Source of the DNA: a virus
Reading direction: 5' to 3' (one strand)
DNA length: 64,000 bases
Virus record (IMG/VR): IMGVR_UViG_3300030333_002778
Span: 1 to 64,000 of that record
Shown here: positions 26,868-35,442 of the stretch, piece by piece
How positions within the stretch are numbered: the first letter of the stretch is position 1
Layout: the number at the start of each line of letters is the position of its first letter
Notes under the pieces: model-generated
Seen by the model: only the letters and a program-made list of their open reading frames with translations
Told to the model about the DNA's origin: nothing
Database searches by the model: none
Program-made: the position numbers and the translations under genes

Positions 26868-27107
26868 ATGTTTTGGAAAGATGCAGTAAATAATAAATAT
26901 AAACATCTGATGAATTTAGTACCAGATGTTAGAAAGAAAGCTAAACTCCCTTATTCTGTCAATGTATTAGACGAGAAATTGGTAGAGTTAGAAAAAGAAT
27001 ACAACCGATTACAAGAACTAGACGCTAGTGACAAAGATATAACAGAAATAGAAAACCTTATAACAGATTTAAAAAGTTCCATAACTATATTGATTATTGG
27101 AACATAA
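26868..27107 (+). CDS. Hypothetical coiled-coil protein
   Basis: 79 aa; preceded by AATGTTAAATTAAAA leader. Confidence 0.65.
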   Translation: MFWKDAVNNKYKHLMNLVPDVRKKAKLPYSVNVLDEKLVELEKEYNRLQELDASDKDITEIENLITDLKSSITILIIGT

Positions 27108-27119
27108 TTATTATCTTTA
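27090..27119 (+). promoter_or_regulatory. Host-type promoter variant upstream of the replication module
   Basis: TTG-N19-TATCTTTA (one mismatch to TAnnTTTG). Confidence 0.45.
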
Positions 27120-27134
27120 TAAAAACGTTAATAT

Positions 27135-27215
27135 ATGTGGATATTAAAAGTATTAATTGCACTAGGAATCTTATATAGTTTAGGATATTTATTCAACTCG
27201 TGGGAAGAACAATAA
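27135..27215 (+). CDS. 26-aa single-TM micro-protein
   Basis: MWILKVLIALGILYSLGYLFNSWEEQ. Confidence 0.55.
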   Translation: MWILKVLIALGILYSLGYLFNSWEEQ

Positions 27216-27217
27216 AT

Positions 27218-27424
27218 ATGAGTTATATGAAATGGTTATCGACTCTTACCAAGGATGAGGTAGAGGAGATGAGAAATGAACTTCATAAAGCTGTAGCCAA
27301 CAAACAAATCAAATTAAAATATAAGGATACAGAATATACTACTATGAAAATGAGTAGTATAATAAACTATATGGATGATTTCTGGGAATTTAAAAATTGT
27401 GTAAAATTAGAAAAGGAGGATTAA
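27218..27424 (+). CDS. Hypothetical protein (probable start MSYMKW)
   Basis: 68 aa, following the 26-aa ORF. Confidence 0.6.
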   Translation: MSYMKWLSTLTKDEVEEMRNELHKAVANKQIKLKYKDTEYTTMKMSSIINYMDDFWEFKNCVKLEKED

Positions 27425-27440
27425 TTTCCTCCTTTCTTGT
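27409..27440 (+). terminator. Hairpin/terminator before polA
   Basis: AAAGGAGGA-TTAATT-TCCTCCTTT followed by CTTGT. Confidence 0.55.
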
Positions 27441-27482
27441 TAATAGCATGTATAAATATATACAGAAGTAAAAATTTAAATT

Positions 27483-29354
27483 ATGAGTAAAATAGTATTA
27501 ATTACAAATCAAAAACAAATAACGACTCCAAATTGTCCTTTTGAAATAGGAACAATGGAAGAGTGTGTAGATTATTTGAAAGGTCAACAATATATAGCTG
27601 TTGATACTGAAACTGAGGGTAAGGATTTCACCCGCAAAAAAATAGTAATGTTTCAAATAGGAACAAAAGAAATTCAATATGTTATAGATACTAGATATAT
27701 ATCTATAGAACCACTAAGAGATATACTTGAAGATACAGAATATCATGTAAAAATATTTCATAATATTAAGTTTGATTATAAGTTTATTAAATCAAATTAT
27801 AATATTGAAGTAGAGAATATTTATGATACTATGTTAGCTGAAGGTGTATTACATTGTGGTAAAGATAAGCACGGATACAGCCTTAACCGCCTAACACAGA
27901 GGTATTTAGGGGTGACGCTTGACAAAGAAGTTCGTAACAAATTTATAGGATTAGATGGTAAACCATTTACTGCTGAACAAATTTGTTATGGAGCTAAAGA
28001 TGTACAATATTTGATTGAAATTATGGAGACTCAATTAGATCAGATATTTAAACTAGAATTACATTATGTATTAATACTAGAAAATAAAGCAGCTTTAGCT
28101 TTTGCAGACATAGAATATAATGGTCTATGTTTTGATCAAGACTCTTGGCTTAAGAATGCTCAGGTAAATGAAACTGAAGTTACTTTACTCGAACAAGAAT
28201 TGGATCAATGTATTGTTGATAATAATCTAGATGATTTTATTTCTAATCATGTTCAGCTTGATTTCTTTACACCTGTTGAAGATCTTCGTAAAGTCAATGT
28301 TAAGTGGTCATCTCCTATGCAAGTTAAGAATGTAATGGAAAGACATTTAGATACATCACTTGAAAAAGTTAATGCATTTGAATTATCTAAATATAAAGAT
28401 AGACCATTTGTAGGTAAATATCTTAAATATAAAGAAAAACAAAAGATATTAAGTACTTATGGTAAATCTTTTCTTAAATATGTGATGAAAGATGGTAAAG
28501 TCAGAACAAGCTTTTGGCAAATATTAAATACTGGGCGTGTGTCTAGTGGATCTAAAGAGGATCGTAAGCCTAATATGCAGAACATTCCAGCGAGGAATCA
28601 GTTTAGGAATTGCTTTCATGCAAGAGATGGACACAGTATTGTATCTGTTGATTACAGTGGGCAGGAGTTAGCTATTATTGCTTACGGTTCTCAAGATCCT
28701 GTTTGGATTAAATGTAGAAAGAATAATGAAGATCTCCATTCAGTATGTGCTGAATTAGTATTTGGTGATAAATGGCATACAGGTGATAAAAAGAAATTAA
28801 GAAACATGATTAAGACTATTAATTTCGGATTAGCTTATGGTATGAGTAAGTTTAAATTATCTGATACATTAAATATTGATGTAGATGAAGCTGATGAACT
28901 TATAAAGAAATACTTTAGCGCATTTCCTAATATAAAAGCATTTTTAAATAAACTTGGATGGTATGGTGTTATGAATGGTCATATTAAAACTTTTAAACCT
29001 TTTAGAAGAATTAGATGGTTTGAAAATTGGTATGCAGGTATACATAATTCATATAAAGATTTCAAGATTAAAGGAGCGATTGAGCGTGCATCTAAAAATA
29101 CTCCTATTCAAGGTACAGGAGCGGATATGATTAAACAATCTATGATTCTCATAAGAGAAGAGATTAAGAAAAATAATTATCCTTGTTACATGGTAACACA
29201 AGTACATGATGAAATAGGTGTAGAAGTTAAAGATGATTTCGCTGAAGAATGGGCTCATATACAATGTGAGTTAATGAAGAAAGCTGGTAAAATGATTGTT
29301 GATGGATTTGAAATGTCAGTTGATTATACAATAACTAAAAAATGGAGTAAATAA
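27483..29354 (+). CDS. polA: Family A DNA polymerase with 3'-5' exonuclease
   Basis: ExoI VDTETEG, HNIKFD, YGAKD; TGRVSS, motif A VDYSGQEL, motif B KTINFGLAYG, motif C QVHDEI. Confidence 0.96.
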   Translation: MSKIVLITNQKQITTPNCPFEIGTMEECVDYLKGQQYIAVDTETEGKDFTRKKIVMFQIGTKEIQYVIDTRYISIEPLRDILEDTEYHVKIFHNIKFDYKFIKSNYNIEVENIYDTMLAEGVLHCGKDKHGYSLNRLTQRYLGVTLDKEVRNKFIGLDGKPFTAEQICYGAKDVQYLIEIMETQLDQIFKLELHYVLILENKAALAFADIEYNGLCFDQDSWLKNAQVNETEVTLLEQELDQCIVDNNLDDFISNHVQLDFFTPVEDLRKVNVKWSSPMQVKNVMERHLDTSLEKVNAFELSKYKDRPFVGKYLKYKEKQKILSTYGKSFLKYVMKDGKVRTSFWQILNTGRVSSGSKEDRKPNMQNIPARNQFRNCFHARDGHSIVSVDYSGQELAIIAYGSQDPVWIKCRKNNEDLHSVCAELVFGDKWHTGDKKKLRNMIKTINFGLAYGMSKFKLSDTLNIDVDEADELIKKYFSAFPNIKAFLNKLGWYGVMNGHIKTFKPFRRIRWFENWYAGIHNSYKDFKIKGAIERASKNTPIQGTGADMIKQSMILIREEIKKNNYPCYMVTQVHDEIGVEVKDDFAEEWAHIQCELMKKAGKMIVDGFEMSVDYTITKKWSK

Positions 29355-30550
29355 TGAATATATCTAAAATAAAAGATAAAATTCAAAGAAAAGGTCTAAA
29401 TAAATGGTTTAGTAAGCCGTGGTATGGGAGGGGTACTCTACAATATGCTACCGGTTCAGGTAAGACACGTTGTGGTGTTCTGGCCGCGGCTTATTTAGCC
29501 AAAATAACTAATATGGATGCTAGGATATTAATATTAACTCCTACTGAAACTATTAGAGATAGATCATGGAAAGATGAATTTTATAAATGGAACGAAGGTG
29601 ATGTATATGAACAATGTGTTAAATGTGTTTGTATACAAACCGCATATAAATGGATAGGTCACAGTTTTGATCTAGTAATTGCAGATGAAATACATAATTA
29701 TGTATCTCCTGAATATTTTAATTTCTTTGCTAATAACAAATTTGTTAGGATATTAGGATTATCTGCATATATAGATCCAATTAAATTGAGATTATTAAAT
29801 AGTATAGCACCTGTAGTAGAATCTATTTCTACATTAAAAGCACAGGATCTTGGATTGATTAGTCCATTCAAGATATATAATGTCCCGGTTAGATTGACCA
29901 CAGATGAACAAATAGAATATGATAAAGCAGATAAATCATTTAATGGTTTATTTTCCTTTTTTAACAAAGATCTTAAAACTATGTTTGCTTGTATGAATAC
30001 AAATGTATATAGTAATTTTCTTGCTAAAAAAGGCATGGTTCTTGACGCTTCTGTGGCAAGCTATCCGTTTATGTGTAATGCAGCAATGGCTAAGAGAAAG
30101 AATATAATATATAATTCTAAATCTAAAATCAAAGCTGTTAAAAAACTATCAAATATTTTTTCTGAGAAGAAGGCTATTATATTTTCTCAGACTATTGAAT
30201 TTGCTGACAAAGTCACAGATGAATTAGATAATTGTGTAAGTTTTCATAGTAAAATTCCTAAAAAGAAAAGAAATGAAAACTTGAATTTGTTAAAGAGCGG
30301 GAACTCAATAACACGAATATCTACTGCTAAGGCTTTGAACGAAGGTATGAATGTACCTGATATTTCTATGGCAATTATTGCTAGTGGAACAAGCAAGACT
30401 AAAGATATGATTCAGCGTATTGGTAGAGCAGTACGTTGGGAAGCTAATAAAGAAGCTTCAATCTTTCGTCTCTACATTCAAGACAGTCAAGAGGAGAAAT
30501 GGGTTAGCGCTTCTCAGGAAAAATATGAAGTTGAACAATTAAAATTATAA
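29354..30550 (+). CDS. Superfamily 2 helicase (DExH)
   Basis: ATGSGKT, DEIH, GLSA, NEGMNVP, QRIGRAVR. Confidence 0.92.
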   Translation: MNISKIKDKIQRKGLNKWFSKPWYGRGTLQYATGSGKTRCGVLAAAYLAKITNMDARILILTPTETIRDRSWKDEFYKWNEGDVYEQCVKCVCIQTAYKWIGHSFDLVIADEIHNYVSPEYFNFFANNKFVRILGLSAYIDPIKLRLLNSIAPVVESISTLKAQDLGLISPFKIYNVPVRLTTDEQIEYDKADKSFNGLFSFFNKDLKTMFACMNTNVYSNFLAKKGMVLDASVASYPFMCNAAMAKRKNIIYNSKSKIKAVKKLSNIFSEKKAIIFSQTIEFADKVTDELDNCVSFHSKIPKKKRNENLNLLKSGNSITRISTAKALNEGMNVPDISMAIIASGTSKTKDMIQRIGRAVRWEANKEASIFRLYIQDSQEEKWVSASQEKYEVEQLKL

Positions 30551-30551
30551 T

Positions 30552-30989
30552 ATGAAAACAATTCTTGAAGCAAAAGATCATCTGCGCAAGAATTATAAGT
30601 CTGGTACTGGTTGTCCCGTTTGCGGACAACTAGTCAAGGCCTATAAGCGTAAGTTAAATTCAAATATGTGTAAAGCATTAGCAATTATATATAATAGAAC
30701 TTCTGATGGATCTACTATACATGTACAAAATACTTTTTCTGATTTAGGATTAAGAGCAACTGCTATGGATTATACTCATCTAGAGAAATGGGGATTTATA
30801 GAAACAGGAGATGTACATGGTCACTGGAAAATAACTAAAAAAGGTAAAGATTTTCTGGCTAATCAATCTGTAGCTTCTGCATACTGTTTAGTATATGCAG
30901 GTAAGGTATATGAATGGTCTAGTGAAATGATTACCATTGAAGAAGCTTTAACAAAACGATTTAAATTAACAGATGTAATGCAATTATGA
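30552..30989 (+). CDS. Zn-ribbon/winged-HTH protein
   Basis: CPVCGQ and LEKWGFIE...WKITKKGKDFL wing. Confidence 0.6.
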   Translation: MKTILEAKDHLRKNYKSGTGCPVCGQLVKAYKRKLNSNMCKALAIIYNRTSDGSTIHVQNTFSDLGLRATAMDYTHLEKWGFIETGDVHGHWKITKKGKDFLANQSVASAYCLVYAGKVYEWSSEMITIEEALTKRFKLTDVMQL

Positions 30990-31153
30990 AACACGATGAA
31001 ACACGAAATGGAATACCTTGGGATGCGATAGATGATTACTATCAAACTCTCGAAAAAAAGATTATTACAGTGACGTATGTCATTGGTAATCAGACAATTA
31101 CAAGTCATAAAAAAGTAAAAAAATTCGATAAAAAACTTGTCGAAAAACTATAG
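30986..31153 (+). CDS. 55-aa hypothetical protein (not in ORF track)
   Basis: MKHDETRNGIPWDAIDDYYQ...; ATGA overlap with the upstream gene. Confidence 0.55.
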   Translation: MKHDETRNGIPWDAIDDYYQTLEKKIITVTYVIGNQTITSHKKVKKFDKKLVEKL

Positions 31154-31192
31154 TTTTATTATATTTACAAACTTAAAATTTCCTATAATTAT

Positions 31193-31777
31193 ATGAATAT
31201 AGAAATCAATGTTTTTGGTTTAATAAATAATAAATTAACAGCATCACAGTATGTTATGTTAAATTTATTATTTGAAAATAAGAAGGAGTTATTTGTAAAT
31301 TATGTTAATCTATATGGATTTGCAAAAAGAGAACTACAAGGACTGGTGGATCAGGGTTATATATTAACTTGTGATCCACAACAGCCCTTAACTTGTATAA
31401 CTATTGCAAGAGATAAAGTCAGAAAATTATTAGGAATAGAAGAATCTTATTTCACAGAATTATTTGAAAAATATCCTATAAAAGTATACAATGGTAGAAC
31501 AGTGCGAGTATTAAGACCTACAACGCTTTCTTCAAAGGGAGCACAAAATTGTAAAGCTAAATATGATCGTGTTGTAAAGGGTAATTTGCAAAAACATAAA
31601 TTCATTATGGATTGTTTAAATAAAGAAATAGAAACCAGAACAAGAGGTGGAAATTTACAATATATGCATGCATTAGAAACTTATTTAAACAAAAATGCTT
31701 GGGATGCTTATGAGTCCCTATTAGATAGTAATAATAACGTATCTTCAGATACAAAATATGGTGAAGGATTAATATGA
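31193..31777 (+). CDS. Replisome organizer / DnaD-like initiator
   Basis: N-terminal wHTH; FTELFEKYP...YMHALETYLNKNAWD; upstream of DnaB. Confidence 0.65.
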   Translation: MNIEINVFGLINNKLTASQYVMLNLLFENKKELFVNYVNLYGFAKRELQGLVDQGYILTCDPQQPLTCITIARDKVRKLLGIEESYFTELFEKYPIKVYNGRTVRVLRPTTLSSKGAQNCKAKYDRVVKGNLQKHKFIMDCLNKEIETRTRGGNLQYMHALETYLNKNAWDAYESLLDSNNNVSSDTKYGEGLI

Positions 31778-32766
31778 CAAAAATAAATAAACCTAGATTA
31801 CAATATACAAGTATAAAGAAAGCAACATTTGATGCTACTCAGTATATTGAAAAGAGAAGAAAAGGATTAATTAAATCCTTAAGAACTCCATGGTCTAAAT
31901 ATAACCATGTGAGTATGGACGGAATAGAGTGGAACACTATACATACTATAGCGGGTATGTCTGGTAGTGGTAAAACTGCTATTATAAATCAGTTAGAAAC
32001 AGAATTATTTAGATTAAATACAGATGAAAAATTTGCTGTATTATCATTTAATTTTGAAATGCTAGCACGTCAACTAATAAGCAGAAAGTTTTCTAATGCT
32101 TTAAATACAACAACTAGAAAACTACATAGTGGTATAGAAGGATATTCTTTATCTGATGCTGCTTATTATAAAGTTCTTTCTACAGGAAAGGAATTATCTC
32201 AATTACCTATATGGTATGTAGAAATGCCTGGAAATGTAGAGTTAATTAAAAATACAATAGAACATTTTGTTACATCCGCAGAAAATAAAGATCGTGGTGT
32301 AGTAGTTATGTTAGATCATACAATTCTTGTAAGAGGTAAAGCCGGAGAATTAGAACGACTAATATTAGTTGAACTGATGGTTATGGCAAACTCTCTTAAA
32401 AAGAAATATAAGATTGCATTTGTATTTTTATCTCAGCTGAATAGAGAAATAGAACAAGCTGATCGAGTTGTAGAACCATCACAGCAATTTCCTAAAAAGA
32501 AAGATTTATTTGGTGGTGATTCAGTATATATGTTCTCTGATTTAGTAATGGTTTCAATGAATCCTGAGCAATTAGGATTAGAAACTTATGGACCAAAGAG
32601 TTGGCCAACTAAAGATGCATTATTTTGGCATTTTCTAAAAGTAAGAGAGGGTAAACCTTGTATTGCTAAAATGAAAAACGAATTAATGTATAATAGAGTG
32701 GTTGATTATACGGTAGAAAATGTATATGAATTAAATACTAATAAAGATGACAAAAATATGGGATGA
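31774..32766 (+). CDS. dnaB: DnaB-like replicative helicase (C-terminal RecA domain)
   Basis: AGMSGSGKT, FNFEM, LDH, LSQLNR, DLFGGDS, LKVREG. Confidence 0.9.
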   Translation: MTKINKPRLQYTSIKKATFDATQYIEKRRKGLIKSLRTPWSKYNHVSMDGIEWNTIHTIAGMSGSGKTAIINQLETELFRLNTDEKFAVLSFNFEMLARQLISRKFSNALNTTTRKLHSGIEGYSLSDAAYYKVLSTGKELSQLPIWYVEMPGNVELIKNTIEHFVTSAENKDRGVVVMLDHTILVRGKAGELERLILVELMVMANSLKKKYKIAFVFLSQLNREIEQADRVVEPSQQFPKKKDLFGGDSVYMFSDLVMVSMNPEQLGLETYGPKSWPTKDALFWHFLKVREGKPCIAKMKNELMYNRVVDYTVENVYELNTNKDDKNMG

Positions 32767-33118
32767 TAGTAATTTTATATCAACTGGTAATGACTATGAT
32801 ATAGATTATAGCAACTCAGAAGATTATGAGAGTTGTGTAAAAGAACTAGAAGCATTAGCAAGAAATATAGAGGAAGCAAAACGACCTGGATATACTCAAG
32901 CTAATGGAGACGTATTGGCTAATTTCAAGAAAGCGGCAGAATTAGCTGGGACAACACCTATGCAAGCATGGGGTGTATATTTTTATAAACATGTAGCTGC
33001 AATTTTATCTCATGCTAAAGATCCTAATATTCCTCAAGCGGAAGATTTGGATGGTAGATTTGCAGATGCGATGAATTATCTTAAATTGGGTTTTTACCTA
33101 TTAAAACAGAAAAAGTAA
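32747..33118 (+). CDS. All-alpha NTP-pyrophosphatase-like / nucleotide-modification-associated (DUF1599-like) protein
   Basis: KRPGY...D.LANF...KH...D..NYL pattern. Confidence 0.6.
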   Translation: MTKIWDDSNFISTGNDYDIDYSNSEDYESCVKELEALARNIEEAKRPGYTQANGDVLANFKKAAELAGTTPMQAWGVYFYKHVAAILSHAKDPNIPQAEDLDGRFADAMNYLKLGFYLLKQKK

Positions 33119-33119
33119 T

Positions 33120-33791
33120 ATGGCGAATTTAGTTATTATATGTGGAAAGTCAGGATCCGGCAAGTCCACCTCTGGAAGAAATTTGGATCCTAAAACTACT
33201 TTTTGGGTAAATAGTGATCAAAAAGCATTACCATTTAAAGGATGGAAAAAGAATTATTCTAAAGAAAATAAGAATTATTCTAAAGTATCTTCTTTAGTGG
33301 AAACATGTAATATTTTGAAAGCTATACCTGAACGTGCTCCTCACATTAAAACTGTTATTGTTGATACAATTAATCGTATGATGACAGATAAAGTAATGGG
33401 AGAAAGACATGTTAAAGGATTTGAAAAGTGGACTCAATTATCTGGTGGTATATATGATATATTTACTATAATAAATCAAATATTACCTGATGATATTGAT
33501 GTATTTGTATTAGCGCATTCTGAGGAAGGATACAATGATATGGGTGCTCAATATAAGAAAGTAATGACAGCTGGAAAACAACTTGATCGCATTGTTTTAG
33601 AGTCTATGTCAAGCGTTGTTTTATTTACTGAAGTTAAAGCCGATGGTAAAGGAAAGAACGAGTATATGTTTCAAACACAAACTGATGGTGTTTCAACTGC
33701 GAAATCACCTGAAGGAATGTTTGAAGAATATTTAATTCCTAATGATTTATTAGAAATTAAAAAAGCGATGAATAAATATTATAATGAATAA
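33120..33791 (+). CDS. AAA_24 / Sak4-like ATPase
   Basis: GKSGSGKST, VIVDT, LAHSE, TAKSPEGMF; adjacent to SSB. Confidence 0.85.
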   Translation: MANLVIICGKSGSGKSTSGRNLDPKTTFWVNSDQKALPFKGWKKNYSKENKNYSKVSSLVETCNILKAIPERAPHIKTVIVDTINRMMTDKVMGERHVKGFEKWTQLSGGIYDIFTIINQILPDDIDVFVLAHSEEGYNDMGAQYKKVMTAGKQLDRIVLESMSSVVLFTEVKADGKGKNEYMFQTQTDGVSTAKSPEGMFEEYLIPNDLLEIKKAMNKYYNE

Positions 33792-33813
33792 TTAATCGAT
33801 TAAAATTAAATTT

Positions 33814-34371
33814 ATGTATCAAATTAATCAGACTGTAAAGTCAGAGGGATCGTCTACCTCAGTATTCCCGTTAGGTATAACGGAAAATGCAGAAATGACG
33901 AATGTTAGTGTTGACACTGCTAGTAATGGTAATGCATTTCTTAAGTTTGAATTTACTTCAAATGAAGGATCTAAGCTAAATCATTTCGAGTGGCCAATAG
34001 ACACACAAAATGAAGGTTGGGAAAAGAAATTACAATCTCAAATGAAGAGAGTAAAACATATCCTAACTAAATTTATGGAAGAAGATAAAATAATTATTAA
34101 TGCAGATTCTTTTGAAGGATTTGCTAAAGGTGTAATCACTTTACTTGGTAATACTTATGTAGGTAAGAAATTAAGAGTAAAAACTGTTTATAGCTACAAT
34201 AATTATGTATCTATTCCTAAATATGTTCCTTTCGTTGAAACTATGGATATTAATCCAACTAAGTTAAATATAACAAGTTTTGATAAAATGGAAAAAGATG
34301 AAGCTGATAACCCAGCTACATTAAGTTCAACAAGTACAGAAACTAAATCAGATGGTGATTTACCATTCTAA
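33814..34371 (+). CDS. ssb: Single-stranded DNA-binding protein
   Basis: OB-like N-terminus, acidic tail SDGDLPF, follows Sak4-like gene. Confidence 0.75.
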   Translation: MYQINQTVKSEGSSTSVFPLGITENAEMTNVSVDTASNGNAFLKFEFTSNEGSKLNHFEWPIDTQNEGWEKKLQSQMKRVKHILTKFMEEDKIIINADSFEGFAKGVITLLGNTYVGKKLRVKTVYSYNNYVSIPKYVPFVETMDINPTKLNITSFDKMEKDEADNPATLSSTSTETKSDGDLPF

Positions 34372-34407
34372 ATAAAATTTAGTTTCTTTGCGTTAATAAA
34401 ATATATA

Positions 34408-35442
34408 ATGTATAAAATAAATATTTCGTTAACCAAAGAAGCTGTACTTAATAAAATAAGTTCGTACCAAATTTTTAGTTATTATTTGGGCCGTGATTTT
34501 AAATCCGGCATAGTATTGAGTAGTCCCTTTAGACAAGATGATAAACCAAGTTTTTCTTTGTTTACCGATCGTAAAGGGACTATTCGGTATAAAGATTTTG
34601 GTACTGGTGAATCGGGTGATTGTTTTAATTTTATTCAGAAGAAATTCGGAATAGGTTTTTACGATTGCCTTATTCGCATTAATAACGACTTTAAATTGGA
34701 CTTAATGTACAGTGGAATTGGCAGAACAACTGTTCCTTATGACGGTTTCAAGACTGCAATCAAAGAACTAAATTTTAATCCTAAAAAATCTATAAATGTT
34801 AAAGTACAACCTTATACTTTTATAGATGAACATTACTGGAATCAATATGGTATTGACAAGAATTTACTTAAAGTATATAATGTATTTTCTTGTAAATGTG
34901 TTTTCATTGGAGATAAAACTGTAGCTACTTATGTAAATAATAATCCTATTTACGGCTATTTGTTTTATAAAGATGAAGAATACACATGGAAAATCTATCG
35001 TCCTTTATCTATTAACGGATACAAATGGATGAGCAATACCAATAGAACTGTATTTCAAGGATGGGATCAATTACCTAGAAAAGGTGATTTTATTATTATT
35101 ACTAAAGCATTGAAAGATGTTATGGTATTAAGAACATTAGGATTCATAAGTGTTGCATTGCAAAATGAAATCGCAGGTATAAAGGATACTGTTGCTCATG
35201 AATTATATGAGAGATTTAATGATGTATATATATTAAATGATTTTGATTATACTGGCGTAAGAGGCGCTAATAAACTAAAAAAGAAATATGGTTTCAAACC
35301 TATATTTCTTCAATGTTTTAAAACAAGATCAAATGGATTTAAAGATATATCTGATTTCAGAAAATCTCATTCATATGAAGAAAGTAAAAGTTTAATAAAA
35401 AAATTAATAGATAAATGGAAATACGAAGAGAACAACCCGTAG
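34408..35442 (+). CDS. dnaG: DNA primase (crAss-type TOPRIM)
   Basis: SPFRQDDKPSF, YKDFG, ITKALKDVM, NDFDYTG, KDISDF. Confidence 0.9.
   Translation: MYKINISLTKEAVLNKISSYQIFSYYLGRDFKSGIVLSSPFRQDDKPSFSLFTDRKGTIRYKDFGTGESGDCFNFIQKKFGIGFYDCLIRINNDFKLDLMYSGIGRTTVPYDGFKTAIKELNFNPKKSINVKVQPYTFIDEHYWNQYGIDKNLLKVYNVFSCKCVFIGDKTVATYVNNNPIYGYLFYKDEEYTWKIYRPLSINGYKWMSNTNRTVFQGWDQLPRKGDFIIITKALKDVMVLRTLGFISVALQNEIAGIKDTVAHELYERFNDVYILNDFDYTGVRGANKLKKKYGFKPIFLQCFKTRSNGFKDISDFRKSHSYEESKSLIKKLIDKWKYEENNP

Noticed and set aside
14030-29354. Introns, inteins or homing endonucleases in terL or polA
   Set aside because: Both have normal lengths and continuous motifs; no LAGLIDADG, HNH or intein signatures seen
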